Shown: positions 8,751 through 17,085, counted from the first letter of the stretch. The stretch: DNA of 17,085 nt from an uncultured archaeon (GCA_964447495.1 CAYUTF010000073.1:1-17085); one strand, 5' to 3'. The notes: generated by a model from the sequence alone, not told the origin. A program made the numbers and translations.

Positions 8751-10373
8751 ATGTCTGATTCAGAAAAATATATTTTAGCAATCGATCATGGGACTCAAGG
8801 TCCTAAATCTGCTTTAGTCACCACTCAAGGCAAAGTTGTTGAGTGGGCTTTCCAGGAAGTGCCTCTTTATTTAGAAAAGGGAGGAGGAGCAGAGCAAAAT
8901 CCTGAAGAATGGTGGAATGCTATTCTAAAGACCGCTAAACAAGTTATTGACAGGGGAAGTGTATCTGTAGATGATATAGTTGGAGTATGTGATACAAGTC
9001 AATGGAGTGGTACTGTGGCAGTAGACAAGGCAGGGAATCATTTAATGAACTCAATCATTTGGATGGATACTCGTGGAGCACCATATATGAAGCAATTGCA
9101 TAAGAGTTTACTCCAAATTTCAGGGTATTCTTTGTTTAAAATGCTAAGCTGGATGAAAAGGACCGCAGGTGGTCCAAGCTTGTCAGGAAAGGATCCAGTA
9201 GCGCATATACTATGGATTAAAGAGCATCGTCCAGATGTTTACGAAAAAACCTATAACTTCTTAGAACCTCAAGATTATATAAATTTAAAACTTACAGGAA
9301 AATTTGCTGCATCTTATGCCTCAATTCAGATGCATTGGATTACAGATATCCGAAAAATTCATAATATTAAATATTCCAAAAAGTTGGTTAAAAAATTAAA
9401 ACTAGATCTTGCCAAATTTCCTACAGAGTTAAAGTGGTCAACAGATATTTTAGGACCATTAAAGAAGGAAGTTGCGGACGAATTAGGGTTAAATAAAGAT
9501 ACAAAGGTTATAATGGGAGCTCCAGATTTGTATGGTGCAACTATAGGTTCTGGAGCAGTCGGAGATTATGAAGGTCACATCTATATAGGTACTTCAGATT
9601 GGTTGTTATGTCATTTACCATTTAAGAAAACAGATATATTTCATAATATGGCTAGTGTGCCAGCAGCAATACCAGGTAAGTATATGCTTATAAATGAACA
9701 AGAAATCGCTGGAGGAGCGTTACAATTTCTCAGAGACAAAATTCTTTATCATAAGGATGAACTTTTAAGGGAAGAAGCGGTACCCGATGTATATAAAATC
9801 TTTGATAAAATTGTAGCAGATACGCCAGCAGGATCAAATAATTTAATCTTCACTCCATGGTTATTTGGTGAAAGAGCCCCTGTTGATGATCATTCAGTAC
9901 GAGGAGGACTTTATAATCTTTCAATGGAGATGTCTCGAGCCCATATAATTCGAGCTATTTTTGAAGGGGTAGCGTATAATGTAAAATGGCTGCTTACTTA
10001 TGTAGAAAAATTCATTCAAAAGGCTAAAATGAAAGCTACACCAGGTATGACGAAGAAAGATATCGTAATGCCAGAATTAAGCATAATTGGTGGCGGAGCA
10101 ACAAGTAATATTTGGTGCCAAATTTTTGCAGATGTACTCAATAGGAAAATAAAGCAAATAAAAGACCCTATTCAAGCAAATGCTCGCGGTGCCGCATTTA
10201 TTGCATCAGTAGGACTAGGTTATCTTAAATGGGACGAGATTCAAAGTTGTTGTGAAGTAGCAAATATTTATACACCTAATCCAGATAATAGAAACGTGTA
10301 TGATACCCTCTATAAAGAGTTTATTAATATTTATAAAATCATGGGAAAAACTCACAAAAGACTAAATAAATAA
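8751..10373 (+). CDS. FGGY-family carbohydrate kinase (xylulokinase-like, substrate unknown)
   Basis: ILAIDHGTQGPKS, GAEQNPEEWW, IIWMDTRG, YIGTS, PWLFGERAP, RAIFEGVAY and GGGATS..WCQIFADV motifs. Confidence 0.93.
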   Translation: MSDSEKYILAIDHGTQGPKSALVTTQGKVVEWAFQEVPLYLEKGGGAEQNPEEWWNAILKTAKQVIDRGSVSVDDIVGVCDTSQWSGTVAVDKAGNHLMNSIIWMDTRGAPYMKQLHKSLLQISGYSLFKMLSWMKRTAGGPSLSGKDPVAHILWIKEHRPDVYEKTYNFLEPQDYINLKLTGKFAASYASIQMHWITDIRKIHNIKYSKKLVKKLKLDLAKFPTELKWSTDILGPLKKEVADELGLNKDTKVIMGAPDLYGATIGSGAVGDYEGHIYIGTSDWLLCHLPFKKTDIFHNMASVPAAIPGKYMLINEQEIAGGALQFLRDKILYHKDELLREEAVPDVYKIFDKIVADTPAGSNNLIFTPWLFGERAPVDDHSVRGGLYNLSMEMSRAHIIRAIFEGVAYNVKWLLTYVEKFIQKAKMKATPGMTKKDIVMPELSIIGGGATSNIWCQIFADVLNRKIKQIKDPIQANARGAAFIASVGLGYLKWDEIQSCCEVANIYTPNPDNRNVYDTLYKEFINIYKIMGKTHKRLNK

Positions 10374-10384
10374 AGAGAAGGCGA

Positions 10385-11269
10385 TTAAATCACAATTTTA
10401 GCTGCGATTTCGGGGGTTATTCTCTTACTAATGAACTCGCGGATTAATCTTAACCGTGATTTATTTATTGTTGATAAATCTATTTGTTTATTTAATTTTT
10501 TTATTAAATCTTTTTCATAGATTTTTTTGACATCTTTTAGATATGAAGCCGTAATTTCCACATCTTTAACAAAACGTTCTACGAATTCTGAAAGTTTCTT
10601 AAAATGCTTATCAGATTCCTTCCATTCTACCGCATTTCTTATCATGACTTTTTCATATTCAATATCTGTTGTCCAAGGAGTATTAATTACATGTCGATTG
10701 GGATTCATAATAAAAGCATGTTTGTATCTATCTTTCGCAAGTGCATAATAATATCCGGGCTGAGGATAAATCTCTCGATCGTATTTGATGACTTCCATTA
10801 CATGGGAGTCTCTATATTCATTAGGAACAACATAATTAAAGTTTGCATTCATATCGTCAATTTCAACTATAATATCGTCGCGACAGATAAGATATGCAGG
10901 ATAATCAAAAAGTTTACTGTGTAAAAATCCTGCTATGCAATTAAATCCATATTTATCAATATAGTTTTGTAACGGCGATTTTTCTAGCTCTATTTCATCA
11001 TATGCTTCAATTTTTTCTTTTTCTGCTTCAAATTTCTCAGGTTCCGTTGGTTTCGAAACCATCATATCAAAAGTTTCATACCCTAAAATAACACCCTTTT
11101 TATTGAGTAACACCATGAAATTGTGGGAATCACACACTCCTCCTATCGGGACTTGAATCTTTATTATACTAAAACCCTTTCCATCAAATAACTCTATGGG
11201 AATCCTTACAGTTTTTTCTATACCACACTTTGGACATGCTAATTCTAATAATTTGAAATTCCCATCCAA
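10385..11269 (-). CDS. Hypothetical soluble protein with N-terminal CxxC...CxxH metal-binding module
   Basis: 294 aa ORF with TTG start filling the gap between known genes. N-terminus CPKC...IP...IQVP...VCDSHNF...GYE..D, followed by an acidic linker. Confidence 0.75.
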   Translation of the reverse strand: MDGNFKLLELACPKCGIEKTVRIPIELFDGKGFSIIKIQVPIGGVCDSHNFMVLLNKKGVILGYETFDMMVSKPTEPEKFEAEKEKIEAYDEIELEKSPLQNYIDKYGFNCIAGFLHSKLFDYPAYLICRDDIIVEIDDMNANFNYVVPNEYRDSHVMEVIKYDREIYPQPGYYYALAKDRYKHAFIMNPNRHVINTPWTTDIEYEKVMIRNAVEWKESDKHFKKLSEFVERFVKDVEITASYLKDVKKIYEKDLIKKLNKQIDLSTINKSRLRLIREFISKRITPEIAAKIVI

Positions 11270-11401
11270 ATTAACCCACTCTTCATAGCTTTTAATTTAC
11301 TATACCCAAGTTATAAAAGTAAGCTAATTTAACTTTTTGTAAAAATAAATACAAAAAATCTTAGTAATAATAAAATAATATAATAAAAAAATAAAGAAAT
11401 T

Positions 11402-13261
11402 TTATCCTTTTATCTCCTTACCCTTTTCAATCTTCTCAAGATCTTTTTCTTGAAGTTCTCTTCTCTGAACTTTACCAGTCATACTTACAGGGAGATTTCG
11501 TACAAACTCGATGTATTTAGGTGATTTCCATTTAGCCATATTTTCAAGACACCACTGCTTTAATTGATCTACCGTAATATCACGATCCGCTTTAAATCCT
11601 TGTTTAAGAGTGACCCATGCTTTAACCGATTCGCCGGTATATTCATCGGGTAAACCTGCTACAGCTACCTCATCAACCATTTCATGATTTCCGAGTAAAT
11701 CCTCAACTTCTTTAGGGAAAACACTATGTCCTGAAACTTTAATTAAAGATTTTTTCCTATCCCGTATCTCAACAAATCCATGTTCATCCATAAAACCAAT
11801 ATCACCGGATAGAAGCCACCTTTTCCCATTCCACCACTTTAAATTATCCTCCTGCTCTTTTTGTTCCCCAAGATACCCAAGCATGATATGCGGCCCCGCA
11901 ATACAGATCTCTCCGGTATGTTCAACTCCAAAATTATTCATTTCAGGAGTACCATCGGATATAGGCCCTACTTCGAAATTCTCAGAATCAAAAATCGCCC
12001 AGTCGACTCCCGGAAGGGGTAAACCCAACTTGCCAACCTTATAATCTCCCCAATAGGGAGCAACACTCGTCACGGGGGACGTTTCGGTTAACCCGTAGCC
12101 GACTCGGATGGGACAAAATACTTTTTCAAAGGGAATTCTGACATAATCATGAAGAGGTCCCGCACCAGAGGTTGCATAGGTGAGTTTCTTCCAAAAATCA
12201 TATTTCTTTTTAAACTCTTCAACACCAACAGATTCAACAAAGTCTATTAAGCGCTTAAAAAGCATTTCGACACCCACATAAATAATCCCTTTGGGTGTTT
12301 CAATCTTGTTTATTGTTTCACATAATATTTCATCAGTGGGAGGCTTTGGAAAGAGTAGCATTACCATTCCAAGTGTTAAGGCTCCATTCATGACACATGT
12401 CATTCCAAAACTATGGAAAAAGGGAATACTACCAATTGTGAGCATACCTGGTTCTAAATTAACCCATGGTTTAATCATTAACAGATTTAAGCCTAAATTA
12501 GCATGACTAAGCATGGCAACTTTAGGCAATCCCGTAGTGCCACCAGTCATTAAGTAAACAGCTGGATCTGTCCAAGGATCTATTTTTGTTTCAATTTCAA
12601 TTGGTTTTGTTTCCTTAATTATTTTTTCCATCCAATAAACTTTATAATGCTCTGTTTTATCGGGAATTTTATCTTTAGCACTCGGAATTCCTAAAGCTTC
12701 TATTGTAGCATTGTCGGCAGTAAGAAAGTCTACAAAGTTAGAAGGAATTAAATATTTCACGCTAGTTTTGGGTAAGATTGTATTTGGACCAGCAATGTAT
12801 AACATATCCATAAGTACCAATACTTTAGCTTTTGTCATGGTTAATGAGTGTAATAACTCCATTGGTTTGTAAGTAGGATTAATTCCCTGAGCAATAGCTC
12901 CGATATACATACACCCCATATAAGCAACGACAAAATTTATAGAATTGGGTAGATCAATCGCTACTACATCTCCTTTTCTAATTCCTAAAGAGTCATAGAG
13001 AAAAGTGCCAAATTTCTTCGCATAATCAAATAAAGTTCTTAATTTCACCTTTTCCATATACGGTCCATAACTAAAAAGACAAACGTTGGAATCCCAAGTA
13101 TCGTGGTCATCTGCAAACTTAATAAAACCTTCCCAAAGAGGTAAAACTTCAACTCCTTCCACATCTTTTAACTGTTTTGGCACCCCTTCTGGCCAGTATC
13201 CTCCAGTAAACCAAACTTTGTTTTCATCAACTAAAAATTGCTTATCATTTAAACTTGTCAT
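11402..13261 (-). CDS. Long-chain fatty acid-CoA ligase (AMP-binding, ANL superfamily)
   Basis: MTGGTTGLPK P-loop, PFFHSFG, GYGLTETSP, GEICIAGPHIMLGY, SGDIG, DRKK, VFPKEVE and GKVQRREL. Confidence 0.93.
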   Translation of the reverse strand: MTSLNDKQFLVDENKVWFTGGYWPEGVPKQLKDVEGVEVLPLWEGFIKFADDHDTWDSNVCLFSYGPYMEKVKLRTLFDYAKKFGTFLYDSLGIRKGDVVAIDLPNSINFVVAYMGCMYIGAIAQGINPTYKPMELLHSLTMTKAKVLVLMDMLYIAGPNTILPKTSVKYLIPSNFVDFLTADNATIEALGIPSAKDKIPDKTEHYKVYWMEKIIKETKPIEIETKIDPWTDPAVYLMTGGTTGLPKVAMLSHANLGLNLLMIKPWVNLEPGMLTIGSIPFFHSFGMTCVMNGALTLGMVMLLFPKPPTDEILCETINKIETPKGIIYVGVEMLFKRLIDFVESVGVEEFKKKYDFWKKLTYATSGAGPLHDYVRIPFEKVFCPIRVGYGLTETSPVTSVAPYWGDYKVGKLGLPLPGVDWAIFDSENFEVGPISDGTPEMNNFGVEHTGEICIAGPHIMLGYLGEQKEQEDNLKWWNGKRWLLSGDIGFMDEHGFVEIRDRKKSLIKVSGHSVFPKEVEDLLGNHEMVDEVAVAGLPDEYTGESVKAWVTLKQGFKADRDITVDQLKQWCLENMAKWKSPKYIEFVRNLPVSMTGKVQRRELQEKDLEKIEKGKEIKG

Positions 13262-13408
13262 TTAATATTCACACTTAACCTTTTTTTTTTGATTAAATTA
13301 TTACTATTTACAATAATATCGACTAATATAATATTTAGTGATATAAAATAATATAATAATTTAACGTGTAAAATATTTGCAATTTAAAATGGACAGTTTT
13401 GACATTTT

Positions 13409-14266
13409 ATGAGATTAAGAGACAAACTTAAAGAGTACTTAAAACAGGAACTCTCTGAAGAAGAGCTCTCATTACTCCCCCGTGGATTCCAAATTGTAGG
13501 GAAAAAGATAATTATCAAGTTGAATGAGAGACTCCTTGAGAAAAAATTAATTATTGGAGATGCTTATCTTCAATTCCTGCCTAAAATGAAGTCGGTTTAT
13601 TTGAATGCTGGAAGAGTTAAAGGCCAGTTTAGAAAGCCAGAAAAAATTGAATTTATTGCAGGAGAAAATGACCCTGAAGTCTACCATAGGGAACATAATG
13701 TAATATATAAATTTGATATAACTAAAGTTATGTTCAGTAAAGGAAATATCAATGAAAGGAGATATCTAGCCCAATTAGTTGGAGATGGCGAGATTATTGT
13801 TGATATGTTTGCGGGAATTGGGTATTTTTCCCTAAGTATTGCGAAAAATGCTCAACCTGCGAAGATTTATAGCATTGAATTGAATCCCGTGTCATATGAA
13901 TATTTGGTAGAAAATGTGAAAATAAATCAATTACAGGATATAATTATTCCAATTCAAGGAGATTGTAAAAAAGTGGTTATCGAACTGAGTAATTCAGGAA
14001 TAAAAGCTGATCGTGTTATAATGGGTGTATTTCCTGCCCCTAAAGATTATATTAAGGAAGCCTTAACCTTAATGAAAGATTCAGGGACAATATATCACTA
14101 TGAGGGCGTAGCTAAAAAAGAAGACGGTTATTTATTATTTGATGAATTTCAGGATAGAGCGGAGACGCCGGGAATAATATGCCAATTACTATCTAAGCGG
14201 ATAGTGAAGAGTTATGGTCCCCATTTATTCCACATCGTATGTGATATATTAGTAAAGAAAGAATAA
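13409..14266 (+). CDS. taw2: tRNA(Phe) wyosine aminocarboxypropyltransferase (Taw2/TYW2; Trm5/TYW2 class I SAM-dependent family)
   Basis: HREHNVIYKFDITKVMFSKGNINER resembles Taw2/TYW2 (MFS.xN..ER) rather than Trm5b (YFSPRL). Also VDMFAGIGYF, IELNP, GDC, ADRVIMG and VKSYGP. Confidence 0.78.
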   Translation: MRLRDKLKEYLKQELSEEELSLLPRGFQIVGKKIIIKLNERLLEKKLIIGDAYLQFLPKMKSVYLNAGRVKGQFRKPEKIEFIAGENDPEVYHREHNVIYKFDITKVMFSKGNINERRYLAQLVGDGEIIVDMFAGIGYFSLSIAKNAQPAKIYSIELNPVSYEYLVENVKINQLQDIIIPIQGDCKKVVIELSNSGIKADRVIMGVFPAPKDYIKEALTLMKDSGTIYHYEGVAKKEDGYLLFDEFQDRAETPGIICQLLSKRIVKSYGPHLFHIVCDILVKKE

Positions 14267-14285
14267 TAATAGTAATCATTATGTT

Positions 14286-15734
14286 TTAACTACTTAACTC
14301 TGATTTTAGTTTTGCTGCACGTTCTTTTAAGACCTCATTTACGTCCATTAAATCTTTTTTTGACGTATAAAAAAGAGGAATCCAAAAAAGAGTTGATATA
14401 GAACCAAAAATAAGGGTTGACCAAAATATAGTTGCTGAAAAGCTTCCTATAGATTTTACTACTTCTCCACCAATTATTGCCCCTATAGCTCTTCCGATTG
14501 CATCGACAAATGAGGCTATCGCAATCATAGTGCCCCTATTTTCGGGATAATTCACATCGATAACCGAAGAATACCAATTGGGCCCAATTCCCATCTCAAA
14601 CGCTATTCCTATTCCTAAAAAAGAAGAGTATACGATCCAAAAAATCCAGAAAGTGAATTCATTAACTTTAATTGAATTAAAGAAAAATGAATTATAGGCT
14701 AAGTTAGGGGATAATGCGAAAGCGCCCATTAAAAATGGGATTGTAAAGATTGAGCATATTACAGCAACTTTGACTCTCCCATTAATATCTCCTCTTTGGA
14801 CCCTTTTATCTCCCCAATGAGCTAAGATAAATTGTCCAATAACTAAACCAAATAGAATAGCAATAAAGAATAAGATAAAAACCCTCAAATCAATCACATT
14901 TATCCCGATTTCAAGATTTATATAGGGAAAGATATAAGTTAGAAACAAACCCACAAAAATAACATCAAAAAAGTTCATGATCAAAAAGAAATTTGATTTC
15001 CGAGTAAAAATGTATTTTAAGTCCTTGATCTTAATCTTATAGGTATAATTATATTCTTCTTTAGTCAATAATTCTTGAAAGAATTCTTCTTTGCTTGCCC
15101 TTTTAGGCTCTATAATAATGAAATATCCGCAGGTAGTAATAAATAAAGCTATAATCCCCAAATAAAAGTATGGGTAGGTCCATGTGTGAAGGAAATCAGG
15201 ATAAAGTAATTTGATATTTTCTATTTTTTCGATAATGGTAAAAGACTCTAACGTACTATAGTCAATCGGATTAAAAGCTAATGCTATAACCCCAGCAAGA
15301 ATGCTGGCAAAAGAGGAGATTAATCCCCAAAATGCGAGAGACTTTGAGCGAGATCTGGGAGAAATAATATCAGCTAAGTATGAAATTATTAGGGGAGTTG
15401 CTACACTTGTCGCTACAGCAGCAATTAATCGCAATACAACTAGTTGCCATAATTCTTCGATAAATATATGAAATATTGCGGTTATAGCCCATAAAAATCC
15501 AGCAAGGATGAGAATATTTTTTCTATTAATATTATCAGCTAAATATCCAAAGAAGATTATGGATATTCCGTGAATTAACGTGTAAATTCCGATTAATATC
15601 CCAATTACATCAAAATAAATATTAAGATCAGCAATAATTAAAACTTCATTAGGGAGTAATAGAGCGGCATCCATAACTAGAATTAGAATCAACAACATAA
15701 CAAAAAATACAGAAATTAACTCACGTCTTTTCAT
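14286..15734 (-). CDS. MFS transporter (MFS_1, Spinster-like)
   Basis: About 12 TM segments with motif A GYLADNINRK followed by LW, LR in TM4, SYLADIISPRSRS, EPKR after TM6 and DVNYPENRGT. Confidence 0.85.
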   Translation of the reverse strand: MKRRELISVFFVMLLILILVMDAALLLPNEVLIIADLNIYFDVIGILIGIYTLIHGISIIFFGYLADNINRKNILILAGFLWAITAIFHIFIEELWQLVVLRLIAAVATSVATPLIISYLADIISPRSRSKSLAFWGLISSFASILAGVIALAFNPIDYSTLESFTIIEKIENIKLLYPDFLHTWTYPYFYLGIIALFITTCGYFIIIEPKRASKEEFFQELLTKEEYNYTYKIKIKDLKYIFTRKSNFFLIMNFFDVIFVGLFLTYIFPYINLEIGINVIDLRVFILFFIAILFGLVIGQFILAHWGDKRVQRGDINGRVKVAVICSIFTIPFLMGAFALSPNLAYNSFFFNSIKVNEFTFWIFWIVYSSFLGIGIAFEMGIGPNWYSSVIDVNYPENRGTMIAIASFVDAIGRAIGAIIGGEVVKSIGSFSATIFWSTLIFGSISTLFWIPLFYTSKKDLMDVNEVLKERAAKLKSELSS

Positions 15735-15820
15735 GGATAATCTTGGAGGCTATTTATATTAAAATAATTTTAATTGAACTTTATTCTATAATAATATTTT
15801 CGTTTTTTTTTAACCAAAGA

Positions 15821-15890
15821 CCGAAACTTTTAAATCATTTCCTATCGAAACCATTAATCACCTTTTGACTATTATATAATTAGAGGATGA
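15821..15890 (+). promoter_or_regulatory. BRE-TATA and RBS upstream of HGSNAT-like gene
   Basis: CCGAAAC-TTTTAAAT at 15821-15835 and AGAGGATGA at 15882-15890 before ATG 15902. Confidence 0.45.
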
Positions 15891-15901
15891 AAGTGTAAAT
15901 T

Positions 15902-16978
15902 ATGACAGAAGAGAATGTAGACAGAAAGGAAAAACTTCATAAGCGATATGAGTGGTTAGATCAATTTAGAGGATTAATAATTATTTTTCTTATAATATCA
16001 GTTATAACATGGCCTTTATCTGGTGATCCCCTAATGGGAACATGGATTGGTCCCCCTCTTTTAAATCATGGATTTAAATATCTAAATGGTTGGCCTCCAA
16101 TCATTACTATTATTGATATAGGACAGCAAATTTTCATGTTTATACTTGGTTTTGTAGGTTATATTGCTTTTACGAGTAGAAGAGAAAAGAAAGGAGATGC
16201 TGCTGCTTGGAAGCATGGATTAATTAGAGTAGCCGGACTTTACATATTAGCATTCATAGATGATGGAATTATAGGGGGATTAATTTCCAGTGGCTCTATA
16301 CCTTGGGATGAAGTATTGTGGTATGGCACTTTAGCTAATTTAGCAATCGGTACATTCGCGGCATATTTATTTACATACCTTATGCCTAAAAATGCTGATA
16401 AAAGAATATTGATTCCGATTGGAATAATGATTATTCATGCAACTCTTTATGCAACAGGAATTTTTGATTATAAAGGTCCTTTACTTGGTGGAACGCTAGT
16501 ATTCCCATTTAACGCAGTTAACCATGCTGCAATCGCAATTGCAGCAACTTGTTTCTCTCAATGGTATAAAATGGATCCTGAAGATCCCAATGTTGGTTTT
16601 AAGAAGCGTATTCTCCCAGCTTCAACAATTTTTATTATTGTATTTTATTGCTTTGATTGGATACAACCAGCAGAACATCATGACGCAACCACTTCACTCG
16701 CACTATTCGCAATTGCGGCTTCCGGATTTTTGATCGCCGTCTTTTATGGCTTTGAAAAGATGGGCTTTAAAGTTCCAGTTTTAAGTGAAATGGGAAGAAA
16801 TATGCTATTATTATTTATCCTCGCTTTTATTTGGGATTTCTCTATTGGATTAATTGAGCGCGATTTTCTTGCAGCCAATCCAATTATAACAATGTTACTC
16901 GTTGGCGTTTTACCCATTATTATCGAAGCGGGAATAGCAATACTTTTAGCAAAGAAAAATATAATTATAAAAATCTAA
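15902..16978 (+). CDS. HGSNAT/NagX-like (DUF1624/DUF5009-type) transmembrane acyltransferase family protein
   Basis: RYEWLDQFRGL matches the family R..sLD.FRG motif. LNHG....GW....TIIDIGQQIFMFILG parallels H..W.G.T.AD..FP.FLF..G. About 10-11 TM segments, with MGRNML near the C-terminus. Confidence 0.72.
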   Translation: MTEENVDRKEKLHKRYEWLDQFRGLIIIFLIISVITWPLSGDPLMGTWIGPPLLNHGFKYLNGWPPIITIIDIGQQIFMFILGFVGYIAFTSRREKKGDAAAWKHGLIRVAGLYILAFIDDGIIGGLISSGSIPWDEVLWYGTLANLAIGTFAAYLFTYLMPKNADKRILIPIGIMIIHATLYATGIFDYKGPLLGGTLVFPFNAVNHAAIAIAATCFSQWYKMDPEDPNVGFKKRILPASTIFIIVFYCFDWIQPAEHHDATTSLALFAIAASGFLIAVFYGFEKMGFKVPVLSEMGRNMLLLFILAFIWDFSIGLIERDFLAANPIITMLLVGVLPIIIEAGIAILLAKKNIIIKI

Positions 16979-17085
16979 TTTTTTTATTATATTTTGAAAT
17001 TTCTATAAGGATATGTTATTCACTTTAAAGCAATTTTACACTTTATGTAAGATATAAATAAACAGAAATTATTATTATTTTGATA

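Noticed and set aside
8751-10373. Assigning xylB
   Set aside because: No xylose isomerase context, and the insertions suggest a different FGGY subfamily.
10527-10924. Two plus-strand ORFs
   Set aside because: Antisense to the longer 294-aa ORF and not protein-like.
12291-12506. 71-aa plus-strand ORF
   Set aside because: Antisense within the acyl-CoA ligase.
13281-13290. T10 homopolymer upstream of the ligase as a phase-variation tract
   Set aside because: It is non-coding, and A/T runs are common in these intergenic regions.
16524-16733. 69-aa same-strand alternate-frame ORF
   Set aside because: Nested in the intact HGSNAT-like gene, with no sign of frameshifting or an RBS.
1-17085. CRISPR arrays, tRNA/rRNA, IS elements, stop-codon recoding (Sec/Pyl)
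   Set aside because: Intergenic gaps are short and AT-rich with no repeats or GC-rich structured segments, and there is no transposase or integrase. All called genes end in TAA (one TAG) at expected family lengths with no in-frame continuation needed.

Overview
AT-rich (roughly 30% GC by eye), gene-dense window with 14 credible protein-coding genes. I see no RNA genes, CRISPR arrays or mobile elements. BRE/TATA-like promoters, oligo-T terminators, a Taw2/TYW2-type tRNA wyosine enzyme, lipid/organic-substrate metabolic genes and the style of the hypothetical proteins point to an archaeon, most likely Asgard (Lokiarchaeia-like); this taxonomy is inference from pattern recognition. Gene order: 5'-truncated stand-alone 7TM protein; HhH-HhH/C4 Zn-ribbon protein; PIG-L/LmbE deacetylase; GPH/MelB-type MFS transporter; ATC-hydrolase/V4R-like small protein; DUF2804 protein; orphan ABC-2-like permease; class III (GSA-aminomutase-like) aminotransferase divergent from an FGGY kinase; CxxC-containing hypothetical; long-chain acyl-CoA ligase; Taw2; Spinster-like MFS transporter; HGSNAT/NagX-like membrane protein. 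The best candidate for an undescribed system is a loose cluster for uptake and breakdown of an N-acylated amino-sugar, amino-polyol or amino-lipid substrate. It centres on the divergent aminotransferase/kinase pair, whose shared promoter region carries two copies of a palindromic ATTAG-A-CTAAT box. The pathway is a hypothesis, not demonstrated by the sequence.
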